Assembly (NCBI GenBank): GCA_965644295.1 | Contig: CBFFRP010000616.1 | Coordinates: 1-64,000, forward strand | Direction of reading: 5' to 3' | DNA from: Paraphysomonas bandaiensis | Taxonomy: Eukaryota > Protista > Chrysophyceae | Length of the DNA: 64,000 bases | Shown here: piece by piece, positions 23,367-36,066 of the stretch | Layout: every line of letters starts with the position of its first letter | How positions within the stretch are numbered: the stretch's first letter is position 1 | Notes under the pieces: model-generated | The model's input: only the letters and a program-made list of their open reading frames with translations | What the model was told of the DNA's origin: nothing | The model's database searches: none | Translations under genes and position numbers: made by a program

Positions 23367-26300
23367 TTATATTTCTTCTGCGTTTGCAAGGGACTTCTGT
23401 GTCGTGCATTCTGAAATGTAGCTACTTTCAGACAACGTTTGCAAAACATATAACACATTGCAAGAAGGACTAAAACTAGGAAAACTATCTGCTGCCAATT
23501 CTGAGTATATATATGGCCTTGTTGCGAGGATATCTAATTTTTGTGCCCTTTCGAACACTGAAAGCACAGTACGCGGAACAAAGGTTAATGTGTGACTGAA
23601 GAAATCAACACCACCATATTCAAGGACAACTGAAGGGACACTAGAAAACTCATCCAGGGGTAAATCAAGAACGGCACTGACTAAATATTCAGCGGTATTG
23701 CAAGGTATACTGGAGAACCGTCGGCCCTTTACAAACGAACTAAGAAATTACACGTTCACATGACATATACGTACCTCTATGAGCATCAGAACCAAATCGT
23801 CCATACTATGAAACAGTATCTGCGCTTGAAGTCAATGTGGCAGCTATCGCACAATAGATTAAATACCTCTGTTACATCCGCAAGTGGAAGAGTATCGAAG
23901 GGGACATTCAGCGATGCGTGAATAATTTTCAGTGTATTGTGGAGCAAAACTAAACCACCTTGTAGATGGTCGTCGTTCGCAGTGTTTCCGGTACACATAA
24001 GCAAGGCACTTTCTACCGCCCTATCACAAGTATCAGTAATATTACATCGAAATAATACGAGAAATATTCACCGCAAGCACAGGAAAAGCTCCTTAGCGTG
24101 AACCACACGATTCGCAAAGAATTGTGTCGCTACAATCACGCATCGGCATGCTTGGAGCTGAAGCTGTAGAACAAGTTAATGAATCTCATAGGTCACGTAT
24201 CATACAACCACGTACCTTCACGTAGCTGCGCTGTCGCATCATACACAACAAGAAGTTGAAACAAACACAAATGACATTATCCAATTCTAAATCCACTGAA
24301 CAAGGAACAGCACTCGCAGTCTGCTGAGAAAGTACTGTCCAAAGAATGCTTCCGGCAGACTGGCACATTCCAAATAAAAGTTTCGAGTGAGATATCTTGT
24401 AAGTTTGTATTCGATTCATGACCACTTCCGCATTCCACTCGTCCCGCCATATCACACTGTGCTGCTCCATGCGCCCGAAAATAAGCGTCAAAATCACGGT
24501 GGTGCTTTCCAGCAACATGTCGTCCACATGACAGGGATGAAAACACACCCTCAAACCCGGGACAGATATAGACAAAACCCTGGTTGTAGCGGGCAGAATT
24601 TTATCAGGATCGCCCTGCACAGCTTATGAAAAGACAGTATGCACGACACTAAATTCTTTGTACCTCAATAACACCAAGAACTGTTTTTATGACCCCACGC
24701 CAAGTAGAATCACATATACACTCCGTCCAAGCATTGCCGCTGTGTGGGCACCTATCTTTTTGCATTAAACCTGGCCTGATTTCTCTTAGACGATGCGGAA
24801 GTAGATCCTTTACACACTGTCAAGCACAAATGTTTCTACAAAATACACCAACCTTTAGAAGGTGTCCAAGTGCCCACATCGACTGCATGCGGACCTGTTG
24901 GAGAAGAGTGAAATAGAGGAAAGGAAAAGTTGGAATGATGGAACCTGCAGTTTAGAGGGAGACGAAAGTGCAACAGTGAGAGCATAAAAACTGCATTTCG
25001 TGCATTCTTCATATAACCCCGCGTCGGCCACATGGTAGCCAGACACACAACAACCTTGCAGAGCCCCTCTTTGGATGGCCTCCCCAAGCTCCTTGCAGGC
25101 CGCCACTCGAACAGTAACGACAGGATCGGCGCACATTCGAATAAGGGATTTAAGAGCATCTATACGAAAGGAAACCACTGCCCTAAGAACTGACCAGTCT
25201 CGTATACAGGAATAGATATCAATGTCCCCCGGGTTCTCGCATCTCAGCAGAGCAATTGCAGTGCAGTACACAGCAGCATGCACTCGTACCTGTCACCTTT
25301 GGCGTGAGATACGTCGATGCAGTGACATAACTTCTCACCTGATGCTCAACGTCGTTGGAACACTCTAGTGCGCGCCGCAGCGTTGAACACACCCACTCTT
25401 CTTTAGCATCTGTCCTATGCGCAGTATCGGTTGAGTCAAGATTATTATGAACAAACTGCCAGCACAGGGCCTTATCTCTCAGTACTGTCACACAACTAGA
25501 GGCGAGGGCAGTCGCGACTCTGACGCACATGACACGTCCAGCAGGAGAAGGGAATGAAAACCCAACAGATAAAAGACGCTCTATAAGCGGCATGTGTCCA
25601 ACAAACAATCCAAAGTATGTCTAGACAACATCGGTTAGTGTGCAACGAATGCAGCTACCACAGAAAATATACCTGTGCCATACTGCCAATTGTATATAAA
25701 AGAGAGAGAGAAAGCTTTCCCACGTCGCTGTCGGCATCTCCAATTCCTTGATCAGACAGCAAAATATTTCTTTCTAACAATAACTGTACAAAGCTCGCAC
25801 TTTCACAAGTGTACAGGGAAGGAGGGGTCTCGTCATCATCCAAATTAAGCACACTGAACCCATTGCCATCCACCACGGAAACACCTTTCACAGAATTTAT
25901 GGATATGGATGTTGTTGCTGCCCGCGAAGATGGCTTAGATACCGGAGAGGCCATGAACGACAAGTACCCCTCAAGGGTCCATCCGTTTTTTAGACAGAGA
26001 GGCCTCGACAGAGCGTCATTGTACACTTCTAATAATCCGTCCTCTCTATGTTAAAATATTTACTTATCAATTTCGCACAGCAAGAACAAGAAATCGTCAC
26101 CTAGACGTAATATTATCCGCCAGCCACGACAAAAATTGGGCAGCACATATACCATCTGACGCAACCTTTGCGGGCGGAAGGCTAAACGGGAGTGGTAGTG
26201 AGGATGCCACGTTGTATAAAGCTAGTTGTTTGGCATAAGTGGCTACAGTGACAGTGTCGGAGGCAACCATCAAACCGAGTGACCTATGTGACACAGCTCT

Positions 26301-28327
26301 AATGAGCAGCCCTACTCCAACACAGTCATCTAATCCCACTGTAGCACTTGGCACCGTTCGAACAAGAATTAACAAACTGCAAGCTGCTTTGAGCAACTCC
26401 TGTACTCTGGAGGGAGTACGATCCAGACTTAAGCACGCAGATATGAGCAACAACAACTCACGAAAGAGGTCACTTCTTCGCATTTCCTGTGTTCACGTTA
26501 GTAAAATATAACTATAGAGAGACAATTGTGAAGCGTGCACCTTAACACTGTCGAAAGACAGAGTATCATACGGAAGATCCACAATTGTAGCTATAGCACT
26601 CGCTGCAGCCTGTACACACTTGACAACCAATGGGACAGCATCTTTATTTCTAGATGGAACAGGGGGTCGATTCAGGTAAGAGAAGAGACATACGCCTAAC
26701 AAATATATTAGGTGCATTGCGATCCTGCACACTATGTGTCTCACCTAAAGAGGTGCTATCACTAGGAGACTGAAGAAAGCGCCGCCAGTATTGTAGGAAA
26801 TTTACTGTGCACGTCTAAGAGCATATCGCACTCCTGTATAAAAATATTACCTGGATTGAAGGAGGCAGCAGCAGCCAGCATGTAGAGGGAGTGTTGCACC
26901 AATTTTAAAGGGATACCGTCCATGTCTCCTGTGGGGGGGTGCGAGAGAGATGGAGACGATGGCCGGGATTGGCGGCGAAGTGGGGAAGAGACCGGGCTTC
27001 GTCTGGATGGACTTGTATTCCCACTGCAGAGAAGATGAGGCGATCCCAGCCGTAGCTCCTCAAGAGCAGACTCCACAATATCAAAATATCCATCAAGCAC
27101 TTGGGTCACGCATTCCACTGCCTCGTAAACAAGCCCTTCGAGATCACTCATCCACGGCGCGTTAATAAGAAATTGACAACGCGCAGGAGGGCGGACATAC
27201 ACAGAGACCAGCAAACTATGGGCAGTTCTAACAACAGCCAGGAGGAGTCTTTCCATGCCGCCACCAGCACCGCCCGAACGCACAGAAGCCCGAGAGCACT
27301 CCTGCAGATTGGCAGCTATAACAGACGCTGACCTGGAGATCAACCGTTGCAACAGCATTAGCTCACTCTTTGTCTCTGCGTCAGAGGTCTGAACAATTGC
27401 AGCCCTAAAGAAGAATCCCAGTCCGTCCACAGCAGCAAGGCGAGTATCGATATCAAGACCCCTAATCAAGAGCAAATTTATCACATAACGGTAAAGATTC
27501 GAAATGACACGGAACATAGCGTGGCAGTATCACTCCAGTTGCAATGTGAATTTACCCGGCTTCACACAACGGGAGTAGTGTCTCTACCGTGTTCTCTCTC
27601 CACCTACACATATTCAAAGTTAGTTAACACTCTAGCCAATATATATGCGCGTATACTCGTGCAGTTGTCCCCCACAGTCCGCCAGTAGCTGTGCGCCAGC
27701 CCGCATCACTTCATGCAAGACAACTGGTCCCATTCTACTGTCTTCTGTTCCCTCCGCATGACTGCACCCTCGCCCCCCCGACCTATTTATATAAGCTACG
27801 TTTCTCACGTCAAAAAAATCCACTGACCGTAAGAAATCAAAAAGAAGGAAATATATATTCTTAGATTCGTCCTGGTTCAACGACAGCAGTTTCTCCGTCG
27901 AAGCTCTCGTTAAAAAACGGGATATACTGCAGTGACAAAGGTGAGAGGTAAACATCGCATACACCTGGCCTAGATACATAGATAGATAGAACACAGTGCG
28001 ACATACGTGTGACATATACGGTACAGGCGAGCATATATATACATACCTGGCATAGTCCTGAGCAGAGAGAGCGCTTGTAGGCACTCTGCACATCGCCCTA
28101 CACGCCTTCGCCACATCTCTGCACCACTGCGACTGTCTCGTTGGAAGAGGAATCTTACACATCACAGAGAGCGCCGACGAGATCCCATTAGCCGCAGAGG
28201 GATCGTGAGACTGTAATAGTAATAGAGAGTTGTACAGATCATCAATACAACGCAACAACTGCTTCCTATCAGCAGAGGAAGAAAAGCTCCAGCGTTGAGA
28301 CGGATTACGAGGGGGTTTCCCGCTCAT
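23367..28327 (-). CDS. Large multi-exon alpha-helical (HEAT/ARM-like) protein, function unknown
   Basis: A chain of minus-strand ORFs separated by short GT-AG gaps, running from MSGKPPRNP.. (28327) to ..ANAEEI* (23367). HEAT-like segments include CADPVVTVRVAACKELGEAI and DTRLAAVDGLGFF. Exon borders are not all resolved. Confidence 0.65.
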
Positions 28328-28390
28328 ATGGTACGATGGAATGAATAGACCATAGAGATGAAATGAACACATACCCTAACTAACATACAC

Positions 28391-29138
28391 ACATACATAC
28401 ATACATACATACATACATACATACATACATACATACATACATACATACATACATACATACATACATACATACATACATACATACATACATACATACATAC
28501 ATACATACATACATACATACATACATACATACATACATACATACATACATACATACATACATACATACATACATACATACATACATACATACATACATAC
28601 ATACATACATACATACATACATACATACATACATACATACATACATACATACATACATACATACATACATACATACATACATACATACATACATACATAC
28701 ATACATACATACATACATACATACATACATACATACATACATACATACATACATACATACATACATACATACATACATACATACATACATACATACATAC
28801 ATACATACATACATACATACATACATACATACATACATACATACATACATACATACATACATACATACATACATACATACATACATACATACATACATAC
28901 ATACATACATACATACATACATACATACATACATACATACATACATACATACATACATACATACATACATACATACATACATACATACATACATACATAC
29001 ATACATACATACATACATACATACATACATACATACATACATACATACATACATACATACATACATACATACATACATACATACATACATACATACATAC
29101 ATACATACATACATACATACATACATACATACATACAT
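28391..29138. repeat. Perfect (ACAT)n microsatellite, about 187 units
   Basis: Directly visible. It generates the spurious MYVC ORFs. Confidence 0.99.
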
Positions 29139-29760
29139 TTTAGTGATGTTTGTATGAAGGTGTTGTCGTAGATAGCGTATGTATGTACATATATTACTAT
29201 CATTGTGTATCAGACCATGTAGAGTTGTTTACTAGTCATTTATCAAGATGACGGTGCTGTTGTAGCTAAGAAATTGTTTCATATGCACTACTTGAAGTTT
29301 AAGATCTATCATTTATCAATGCCAAACACGATTCAACTTGCAGATTGCATTTGTATCCTTCTGCTTTACCTTATGAGCAGTTACAATATGATTCACAATT
29401 ATATCCAACACACTAGAAAATGTTTAATCACTAGCACGTGTAGGAACATTGTTGAGGTTGCTATATCTATCTGGCAGCAGCCCATTATCACCCACGATAG
29501 TGTTAACGAATGACATCACTGTGCTTGCTCGAATAAAAGCAATAACATCACTATTCTCTATGTCAAACTTACTCCGCTCACCCAATATTCATAGAACCCT
29601 AAATCATACAGACCTTTTAATAGAATTCTGGTTGGAAATCTTCAACCCTTTGGAACGAAGTGCATAATCTAACCATCTTGCCAGTTAAAGGTTTTCCACC
29701 ATAGCTCATTACATCCATTGTCTTGCATGATGCTCGTATTTGTCAATGCTTTTTTGTCCG

Positions 29761-30315
29761 CTTTGAGGTAAGTCTTCTTCCCTGTCTGAATCTGTCTCAC
29801 ACATGTTTGCAGTAACTATGGTCGAATATTGATATATACCACTAACGGCTGTCATGTTCACGATACGATACAACTCCATTTGTGCTGCACACACACCTCA
29901 TTGAAGGGAAAAATGGATCAGGGAGGGCCTGATAATATATGGTCCTTTAGATAATATAAGTCCAGCGAAAGATGTCGCCTTAGGTCTGAAATGTGCATTT
30001 CTCTGTAGTTTAACGGGTAAGCTATTGCAGAACAACTTTAAAGATGTATTCGGAGGAGAGGCTAATAGCATTAAGGAATGATACTGACCACATATGATGA
30101 ACCATTTTATAGCGAAGTAGGCACTTTACTCGTTGTAAAACACCGTTAGTTTTATAGCGAAGTAGGCACTTTATTAGTTGTGTAAAACACTGTTAGAATT
30201 TTATACTATTCTCCTTGAACATGACAGCCGTTAGTGGTATATACCAATATTCGACTATAGTTACTGCAAACATGAGTGAGACAGATTCAGACAGGGAAGA
30301 AGACTTACCTCAAAG
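29761..30315. repeat. 100-bp inverted repeat (29761-29860 / 30216-30315) with a 355-bp spacer
   Basis: The arms are reverse complements with 3 mismatches by eye. The spacer holds a 2-copy ~46-bp tandem repeat (about 30105-30196). Confidence 0.9.
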
Positions 30316-30584
30316 GGGAAGAAGTAGCCTTCAACGCTGAAAGCCGGTTGTTTCTGTCGACTCCAATACCGATAATATATCTGACTATAAGAAGAGACGA
30401 GCAAAAGCAGGAATGAAAAATGTCATACTGATTATATATCTGATTATAAGATGAAACGAACAAAAGCAGAAATGAAATCAGCATACAAGCAAAGGTTGAA
30501 TATCGTATCGTTGTATATTCGTCAGGATGAGTCATATGGACGAGTATTATGAGTATTGTTTGAACTGGTCAGATAGAAGAGCGC

Positions 30585-30853
30585 GTGGTGAACATATCAA
30601 ATATGATAAACAGATGTTTTGGGGGATAGATTTTCACCGAATTACATTGCGTTGTGAAGTATTGAGCGCTGAGATTAAGGAAAGGGAACTATAATTCAAT
30701 GTACTGATTAATAATTATAATTCTTACTTAAAAGTACATTTGTGCGAACAAAGTAGGGATAACATTAGTAGTGTCCTATTCTAATATCGTAGCGAGTGAT
30801 AGTTCGGATGGGACGGCGAAGGAGGACCGTAAGGTGCTGAAATATGACCAGTA
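30585..30853 (+). mobile_element. Older copia remnant (Copia-C-like LTR end, decayed PBS and gag start), interrupted by Copia-B
   Basis: Resembles the Copia-C LTR 3' half. It then reads TCGTAGCGAG and ..AKEDRKVLKYDQ (Copia-C: AKEDSKVLKFDK). Gag-like KKNRNYLGLE resumes at about 36430-36460. Confidence 0.75.
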
Positions 30854-31172
30854 TGTTGAGTTCTGCTATATGAGAGCAATTGAAAGCTGTAGTTATAAGG
30901 TATTTAAATTACTGTATTATACAGTTGTAGTCTTGTTAATCGTATTGTGAGAATGAATGACGATAAGCACATAGCGGTAAAACGGAATATTGTGACGATG
31001 CAAGTTGTAGTGACGATGTAAGATCGTCGTACGAGAAATGAGTGGTAGTGGAGACAACATGATATTGATGAATGATAAGAGACATTGATTATAATTTATA
31101 ATTCTCAGCTTTGAGTATAAGTTACCTTCTGTTGTTAAGTTAATACTTCTCATATAATGTCAAACCTTGACA
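30854..31172 (+). repeat. Copia-B 5' LTR
   Basis: Direct repeat of 36067-36385. Confidence 0.95.
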
Positions 31173-34100
31173 TGGTAGCAGACGGTAGTTCCGCAAGTAG
31201 TTCGGAATGGAAACACCTTCCGAAGTTCGATCAGTTCGGTGTTGTGAACTGGACGAAGCGATTGAGAGTTTGGCTTATGAGAAAGAATCGGAACCATCTT
31301 GGGTTGGAAGAGCGACCGCATCGACCTGCTGACAATGCGTCCACAGCTGTGAAAAACAAGTATAAGGAAGACCTCGACAAGTGGTTGGAGAGGAAAGACA
31401 CCTGCATCAGTTCCATCTTCGAAGCTGTTCAACCTGTGGCGGAGGCGCTTGAGATTGTTGATCAATACTTCCGAGAGAAGGACATGCTTCCACCTGATGA
31501 TCCCGATAAGGAGATGTTAGCAAGTGAATTGGTAAATAAATTGGTTATTAGATTTCGTGGGGAAACCCAGTACGAATTGGTGGAACTGAATAAACAGTTT
31601 GCGTCATTTAGAATTCTACAGGGGGAGCTGGTGTGTACAGCCATTGATCGACTGAACGGAATTGTCCAAAAAATGACGGAACTTGGTGAGCCGCCAACTG
31701 ACGTATCCAAAAAAACGAAGCTGCAGACTGCGCTGGAAACGAGGAAGGATCTGGAGCAGCTGTACACAAACATCTACCTGAAAGGTGATATTTCATTTAA
31801 TGAGATGATCACCATTTGTAGGCGCTTCGACCAGGCAAAGGGTCTACCACAGGAGTCTTCTGCACCGGAAGTACATTGGAATTCTTCTGATCAAGAGGTA
31901 ACATGCTCATACTCTAAATGTGGAAAACGAGGTCACACGCAGAAGAACTGCTGGATGAAGAAGAAAGATCTGAAGATCTCCCAAATGAAGCGCAATGGTA
32001 AAAACAAGCATCGAAGAGAGCAATCAGAATCCAAAAGAAGTAAGTCAAAAAATGGCGCTGATGATGATGGATGCTTTGTGTGTGGCGTATCTGGACATCG
32101 AGCTCATGAATGCAGACATCGAGCTCAAGTTCGAAAAACAAGGAAAGCGGAGGATTCTGTTAACAAAAAACGACATTTTTCCGAAAAAAACGGTACGATG
32201 GAAAGGCCCATCAAAAAGAGCTCGGACTGGAATCGTTATCTTCAAAGAGACGAGCAAGAGGATGATTCTGTGCACATGTTGTTATATGATGAATCGAGTA
32301 ACTTAGAAGTGAATGTTGCAGATGAGGTGCTGCATACTTCTGAAGACATTGTATTTCTAGACAGCTGCGCGTCGAAACAACTCTTCATCATCAAGAACAG
32401 TGATATTCTACAGACATTTGTTGCAGACGAAGGAGCCATTCAGACAACCAAAGCGGGATCCAGCTTACGATATACTGGCTCAGGCAACTATGGTGACTGG
32501 ACAAAATTAAAGGTATGCCCCGACTCAGTCAAGAATATTTGTTCGGGAGGGATGCTTCGTACGCTTGGATATGGACTTCAGCTGCTAGAGACCCCAAAAA
32601 TAGTGCGATTGGATAATGCAGAAGTTGTTCTTGAAGCTAGGTATTCAGATAATGGAATGCCCTTCGTTGATCTAAAGGACTTGTTGGAGTTACCTGACTT
32701 GACGAGTTTAGCTGCAGAAGTACATCTATCGGATAAAACAAATGAAGACCCTCTGGAATTGCTTCACAAACGATGCGGGCATGTCAGCAAGCGCAAGCTA
32801 TTAGAAGCTTTCAAACATCGGTTGTTCACAGGGAGTGGCCTTAACAGATCTCATCTGAGTAAGAAGAGTCTTCAGAAAACCAAGGGTATCTGCAAAGCCT
32901 GTGCAAAGTCGAAGATTACCAGAATCTCGTTTCCTGGGAAGAGTGATGAAGAGCTACAGGCGACAAGGTTTCTGGAAAAAGTAACTGTCGATATAGGAGT
33001 ATATTTCAATTGTCCATCTCGACAGGGATACCGGTATGTATTAGCGTTGACAGATGTGGCCACCAAGGAATGCTGGGAGTTTCCGTTGAAAACTCGGACC
33101 GCAAGTGAGGTGTTGGAGCACATTAGGAATTGGGTCGAGGTTCTTCTTCCCAAGTATCCAGGAGTTCATCGACTATCTGTGTATCATGCCGATGGGGGAG
33201 CCGAACTCATTGATAAGTCTATTCAGGAGTATCTTCACAGCAAGTTTGGCACCTCAATTACGTGGAGCTCTACGGACTCACCTGAGATGAATGGCGTGTC
33301 TGAGAGACGTTTTCGAACCGCGGGAGAGATGACTCTTGCAATGCTGTCAGATGCTGGATTCCCAGTTCCATTCTGGTGGGATGCCTACGTATATGCATCT
33401 GAAATTATTCGCATGATGCCCACTCGGACCTACCGCGGATGGATGTCTCCCATGGAGTGTGTACCTGGAGGTTCTGTTCCGGATTTATCCAGTTTACGTC
33501 GATGGGGGTGTAAAGCTTATGTGAAGACTCCCAGGGGTGATCGTCGAAAAAATTGGCAAGGCAAATCGCAGATTGGATATTTTTTAGGTCTCTCCAAAAA
33601 GAAGAGGGGATACAGAATATGGCTAGGAGAGTCCGAAGTTGTGTCAATACATGTGTTATTCGACGAAAGCATTCCCCCCAGAGAGAAGGAGTATTTCGAG
33701 GAGCTGGAGGCTGCGTTAGTTAAACATGATCCCCAGGCTCGACAGGTTGAAGAGTTCAACCATTTGATTGGATCTTACCATACCGATGAGGGTTTCCTGT
33801 TTAGGACTACGAGAGTCGTGGTTCGGAAAGGTTTGATCGTGGCTTATAGAGCCTTAGTAACTGCTGGTAGAGAGCAGTTGGAGGAGAAGACTCCGATACA
33901 TATAGCTGATGTAGTGAAACTAACTCAGTCGTATAATTTGCGCAGGTGGCACGAAAATCCTGCGACCCGTGACGATGGGGCAGGTGGTGAGGAGCGATCG
34001 ATGCCGGCTGGGGGTGGGACACCCAAACAGTCTACGGCAGATGACTCATCAGGGAGTGAGCAGACTCCATGTGCCTTACCCGAGAGAAGCGTGAGCACTT

Positions 34101-35923
34101 CGTCTAGAGAGACAAGTGTGTGTGTCCCTAGTAGTCAAACTGCTAACCCGCCAGCTGCTATAAGCAAGAGGGTACGAACCCAAAGAGTGATGACCAACGT
34201 GTCTACTCTGGGTGAAATCAACTTCCTGTGTGGGGAAGATGCCGTTAATATGTGTAAGGCAAGTGATGACTCATTGATTACTGACCCGTCTGATTATAGG
34301 GAGCCTGAGTCATACGAAGAGTCTCTTCAGTGTAGTGATGCAGACAAATGGAAGGAGGCGCGCAGATTAGAACGGAATGCACTTTTTCAGCGTGAAGTGT
34401 TTGAAGTAGTAGAAACTCCGCCTGATGCACGACCTCTTAAATCTCGTTACGTATATAAGCGAAAGTACAATAAGGATGGCTCCATCAAGAAGCATAAAGC
34501 ACGACTTGTAGCACTTGGGTACGGTCAACAATCTGGCGTCGATGTGGACAACACATTTGCCCCTGTAGTCAAGAGTATATCTGTTCGGTTGATTCTGGCG
34601 TTGGCTCTTGTGTTCAGTATGTTTGTGCATCAACTCGATGTCTCCAGTGCGTTCTGTTATGCCGATATTGAAGGCGACGTTTACATGAATCCTACTCCAG
34701 ATTTTCAACTTCCACCTGGACATTGTTTTAAATTGAAGAAATCTCTATATGGACTCCGTAGTTCACCACGATCATGGTGGAAAACCATAAACAAGTTCAT
34801 CAAATCCTTGGGATTTCGACCGTGTGTGTTAGAACCTTGCTTGTATCATGCTGTATATAAAGGTCATAAAGTGTATCTCACCATATATGTGGATGACATC
34901 GTCATCGCATGTGCTGACCTTAATATTATTACAGAAATAAAAGCTAGATTCTGCGAACGATTCGACATGACGGATATGGGAGCCGTTGAACATTTCCTGA
35001 ATGTTCGTGTCACGCGAGGACAGGATTTCATTCAGCTGGATCAGCAGACATATGCGGAGAAAATTCTTCTCAAATTCGCTGATTTCCTCGGTCCCTCATC
35101 AAAAATCCGAAAGTCGCCGCTACCCCTCGATGCAATGGACAGAATTAATCAAGCAGACAGCGATCTCACACCTGAGGAGAAAGAGGGAGTAGATAATTAT
35201 CCTTATCGCAGCCTACTGGGTGCCATGTTATATCTATCTATGAATACTCGCCCTGATATTGCATATGCAGTTGGTTTGTTATCTAGATATGCATCTAAGC
35301 CTACCCGGGCTACATGTTATTTAATGACGTACCTATTGCAGTACGTTAGGGGTACAGTTCGAAAGGGTATTCGGTTCAGTAGTAAGCACTTCGACATGCA
35401 CATCTTTACTGATGCAGACTGGGCTGGCGATGTGGTGTCACGCCGATCTACGACTGGATACATAGTATTTGCCGCCGGTGGACCACTTATCTGGCAGTCC
35501 ATTTTACAGGCTACCGTTTCAACGTCATCAATGCAAAGTGAGTATCAGGCTATGTATGCTGGCATGCAAGAACTGGTATGGCTTCGGGGGGTGTTGGACG
35601 AATTAGGACTCCGTCTACGCGAACCCACACCATTTTTCTTGGATAGCCAGAGTGCTCGTGACTTAGCATTGAATCCGGTGTTCCATAAGCGTTCAAAACA
35701 CATCGAGATCAAATACCATTGGGTTAGGGAACACGTAGATCCAGATGGCCTCTTTAACACTGCCATATTGTACCACGTTGGAACAGATGATCAGACAGCA
35801 GACATATTCACGAAATCGTTGTGTGGTGTAACTTTCGAGAAACACAGGAAGAGATGCCTAGGAGAGGATCGAAAATCATCTGTTGAGGTTATTAGAGAAA
35901 AGACGTTCAAACGACGTAAGTGA
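31157..35923 (+). CDS. Copia-B Gag-Pol polyprotein (first ATG 31157; ATG homologous to Copia-A start at 31172)
   Basis: Two zinc knuckles, protease FLDSCA, integrase LHKRCGH..CKAC and DDE (TVDI, HADG, SERR), RT YVDD, RNase H DADWAG. Confidence 0.97.
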   Translation: MSNLDMVADGSSASSSEWKHLPKFDQFGVVNWTKRLRVWLMRKNRNHLGLEERPHRPADNASTAVKNKYKEDLDKWLERKDTCISSIFEAVQPVAEALEIVDQYFREKDMLPPDDPDKEMLASELVNKLVIRFRGETQYELVELNKQFASFRILQGELVCTAIDRLNGIVQKMTELGEPPTDVSKKTKLQTALETRKDLEQLYTNIYLKGDISFNEMITICRRFDQAKGLPQESSAPEVHWNSSDQEVTCSYSKCGKRGHTQKNCWMKKKDLKISQMKRNGKNKHRREQSESKRSKSKNGADDDGCFVCGVSGHRAHECRHRAQVRKTRKAEDSVNKKRHFSEKNGTMERPIKKSSDWNRYLQRDEQEDDSVHMLLYDESSNLEVNVADEVLHTSEDIVFLDSCASKQLFIIKNSDILQTFVADEGAIQTTKAGSSLRYTGSGNYGDWTKLKVCPDSVKNICSGGMLRTLGYGLQLLETPKIVRLDNAEVVLEARYSDNGMPFVDLKDLLELPDLTSLAAEVHLSDKTNEDPLELLHKRCGHVSKRKLLEAFKHRLFTGSGLNRSHLSKKSLQKTKGICKACAKSKITRISFPGKSDEELQATRFLEKVTVDIGVYFNCPSRQGYRYVLALTDVATKECWEFPLKTRTASEVLEHIRNWVEVLLPKYPGVHRLSVYHADGGAELIDKSIQEYLHSKFGTSITWSSTDSPEMNGVSERRFRTAGEMTLAMLSDAGFPVPFWWDAYVYASEIIRMMPTRTYRGWMSPMECVPGGSVPDLSSLRRWGCKAYVKTPRGDRRKNWQGKSQIGYFLGLSKKKRGYRIWLGESEVVSIHVLFDESIPPREKEYFEELEAALVKHDPQARQVEEFNHLIGSYHTDEGFLFRTTRVVVRKGLIVAYRALVTAGREQLEEKTPIHIADVVKLTQSYNLRRWHENPATRDDGAGGEERSMPAGGGTPKQSTADDSSGSEQTPCALPERSVSTSSRETSVCVPSSQTANPPAAISKRVRTQRVMTNVSTLGEINFLCGEDAVNMCKASDDSLITDPSDYREPESYEESLQCSDADKWKEARRLERNALFQREVFEVVETPPDARPLKSRYVYKRKYNKDGSIKKHKARLVALGYGQQSGVDVDNTFAPVVKSISVRLILALALVFSMFVHQLDVSSAFCYADIEGDVYMNPTPDFQLPPGHCFKLKKSLYGLRSSPRSWWKTINKFIKSLGFRPCVLEPCLYHAVYKGHKVYLTIYVDDIVIACADLNIITEIKARFCERFDMTDMGAVEHFLNVRVTRGQDFIQLDQQTYAEKILLKFADFLGPSSKIRKSPLPLDAMDRINQADSDLTPEEKEGVDNYPYRSLLGAMLYLSMNTRPDIAYAVGLLSRYASKPTRATCYLMTYLLQYVRGTVRKGIRFSSKHFDMHIFTDADWAGDVVSRRSTTGYIVFAAGGPLIWQSILQATVSTSSMQSEYQAMYAGMQELVWLRGVLDELGLRLREPTPFFLDSQSARDLALNPVFHKRSKHIEIKYHWVREHVDPDGLFNTAILYHVGTDDQTADIFTKSLCGVTFEKHRKRCLGEDRKSSVEVIREKTFKRRK

Positions 35924-36066
35924 TCAGTTGACTGTGCTGTGAGACTAGCTGAAATGTCGGAGTCATACGTCCACCTGTTTGTCCTGTTTGGTTTCGGTGG
36001 TTGCGTATCCGTCAGTTATGTCTTGTGATGTGAAGAGTCTATCTACAGCTTTGAATTGAGAGGGAG

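Noticed and set aside
23367-28327. Assignment of the helical protein to HEATR6
   Set aside because: The general style fits, but no diagnostic motif was recognised, so no symbol is given.
28324-29203. Three long MYVC-repeat ORFs
   Set aside because: They are translations of the stop-free (ACAT)n microsatellite.
30917-31153. Identical 78-aa ORFs at 30917 and 36130
   Set aside because: They lie within the two identical LTRs, so the duplication is explained by the LTRs.
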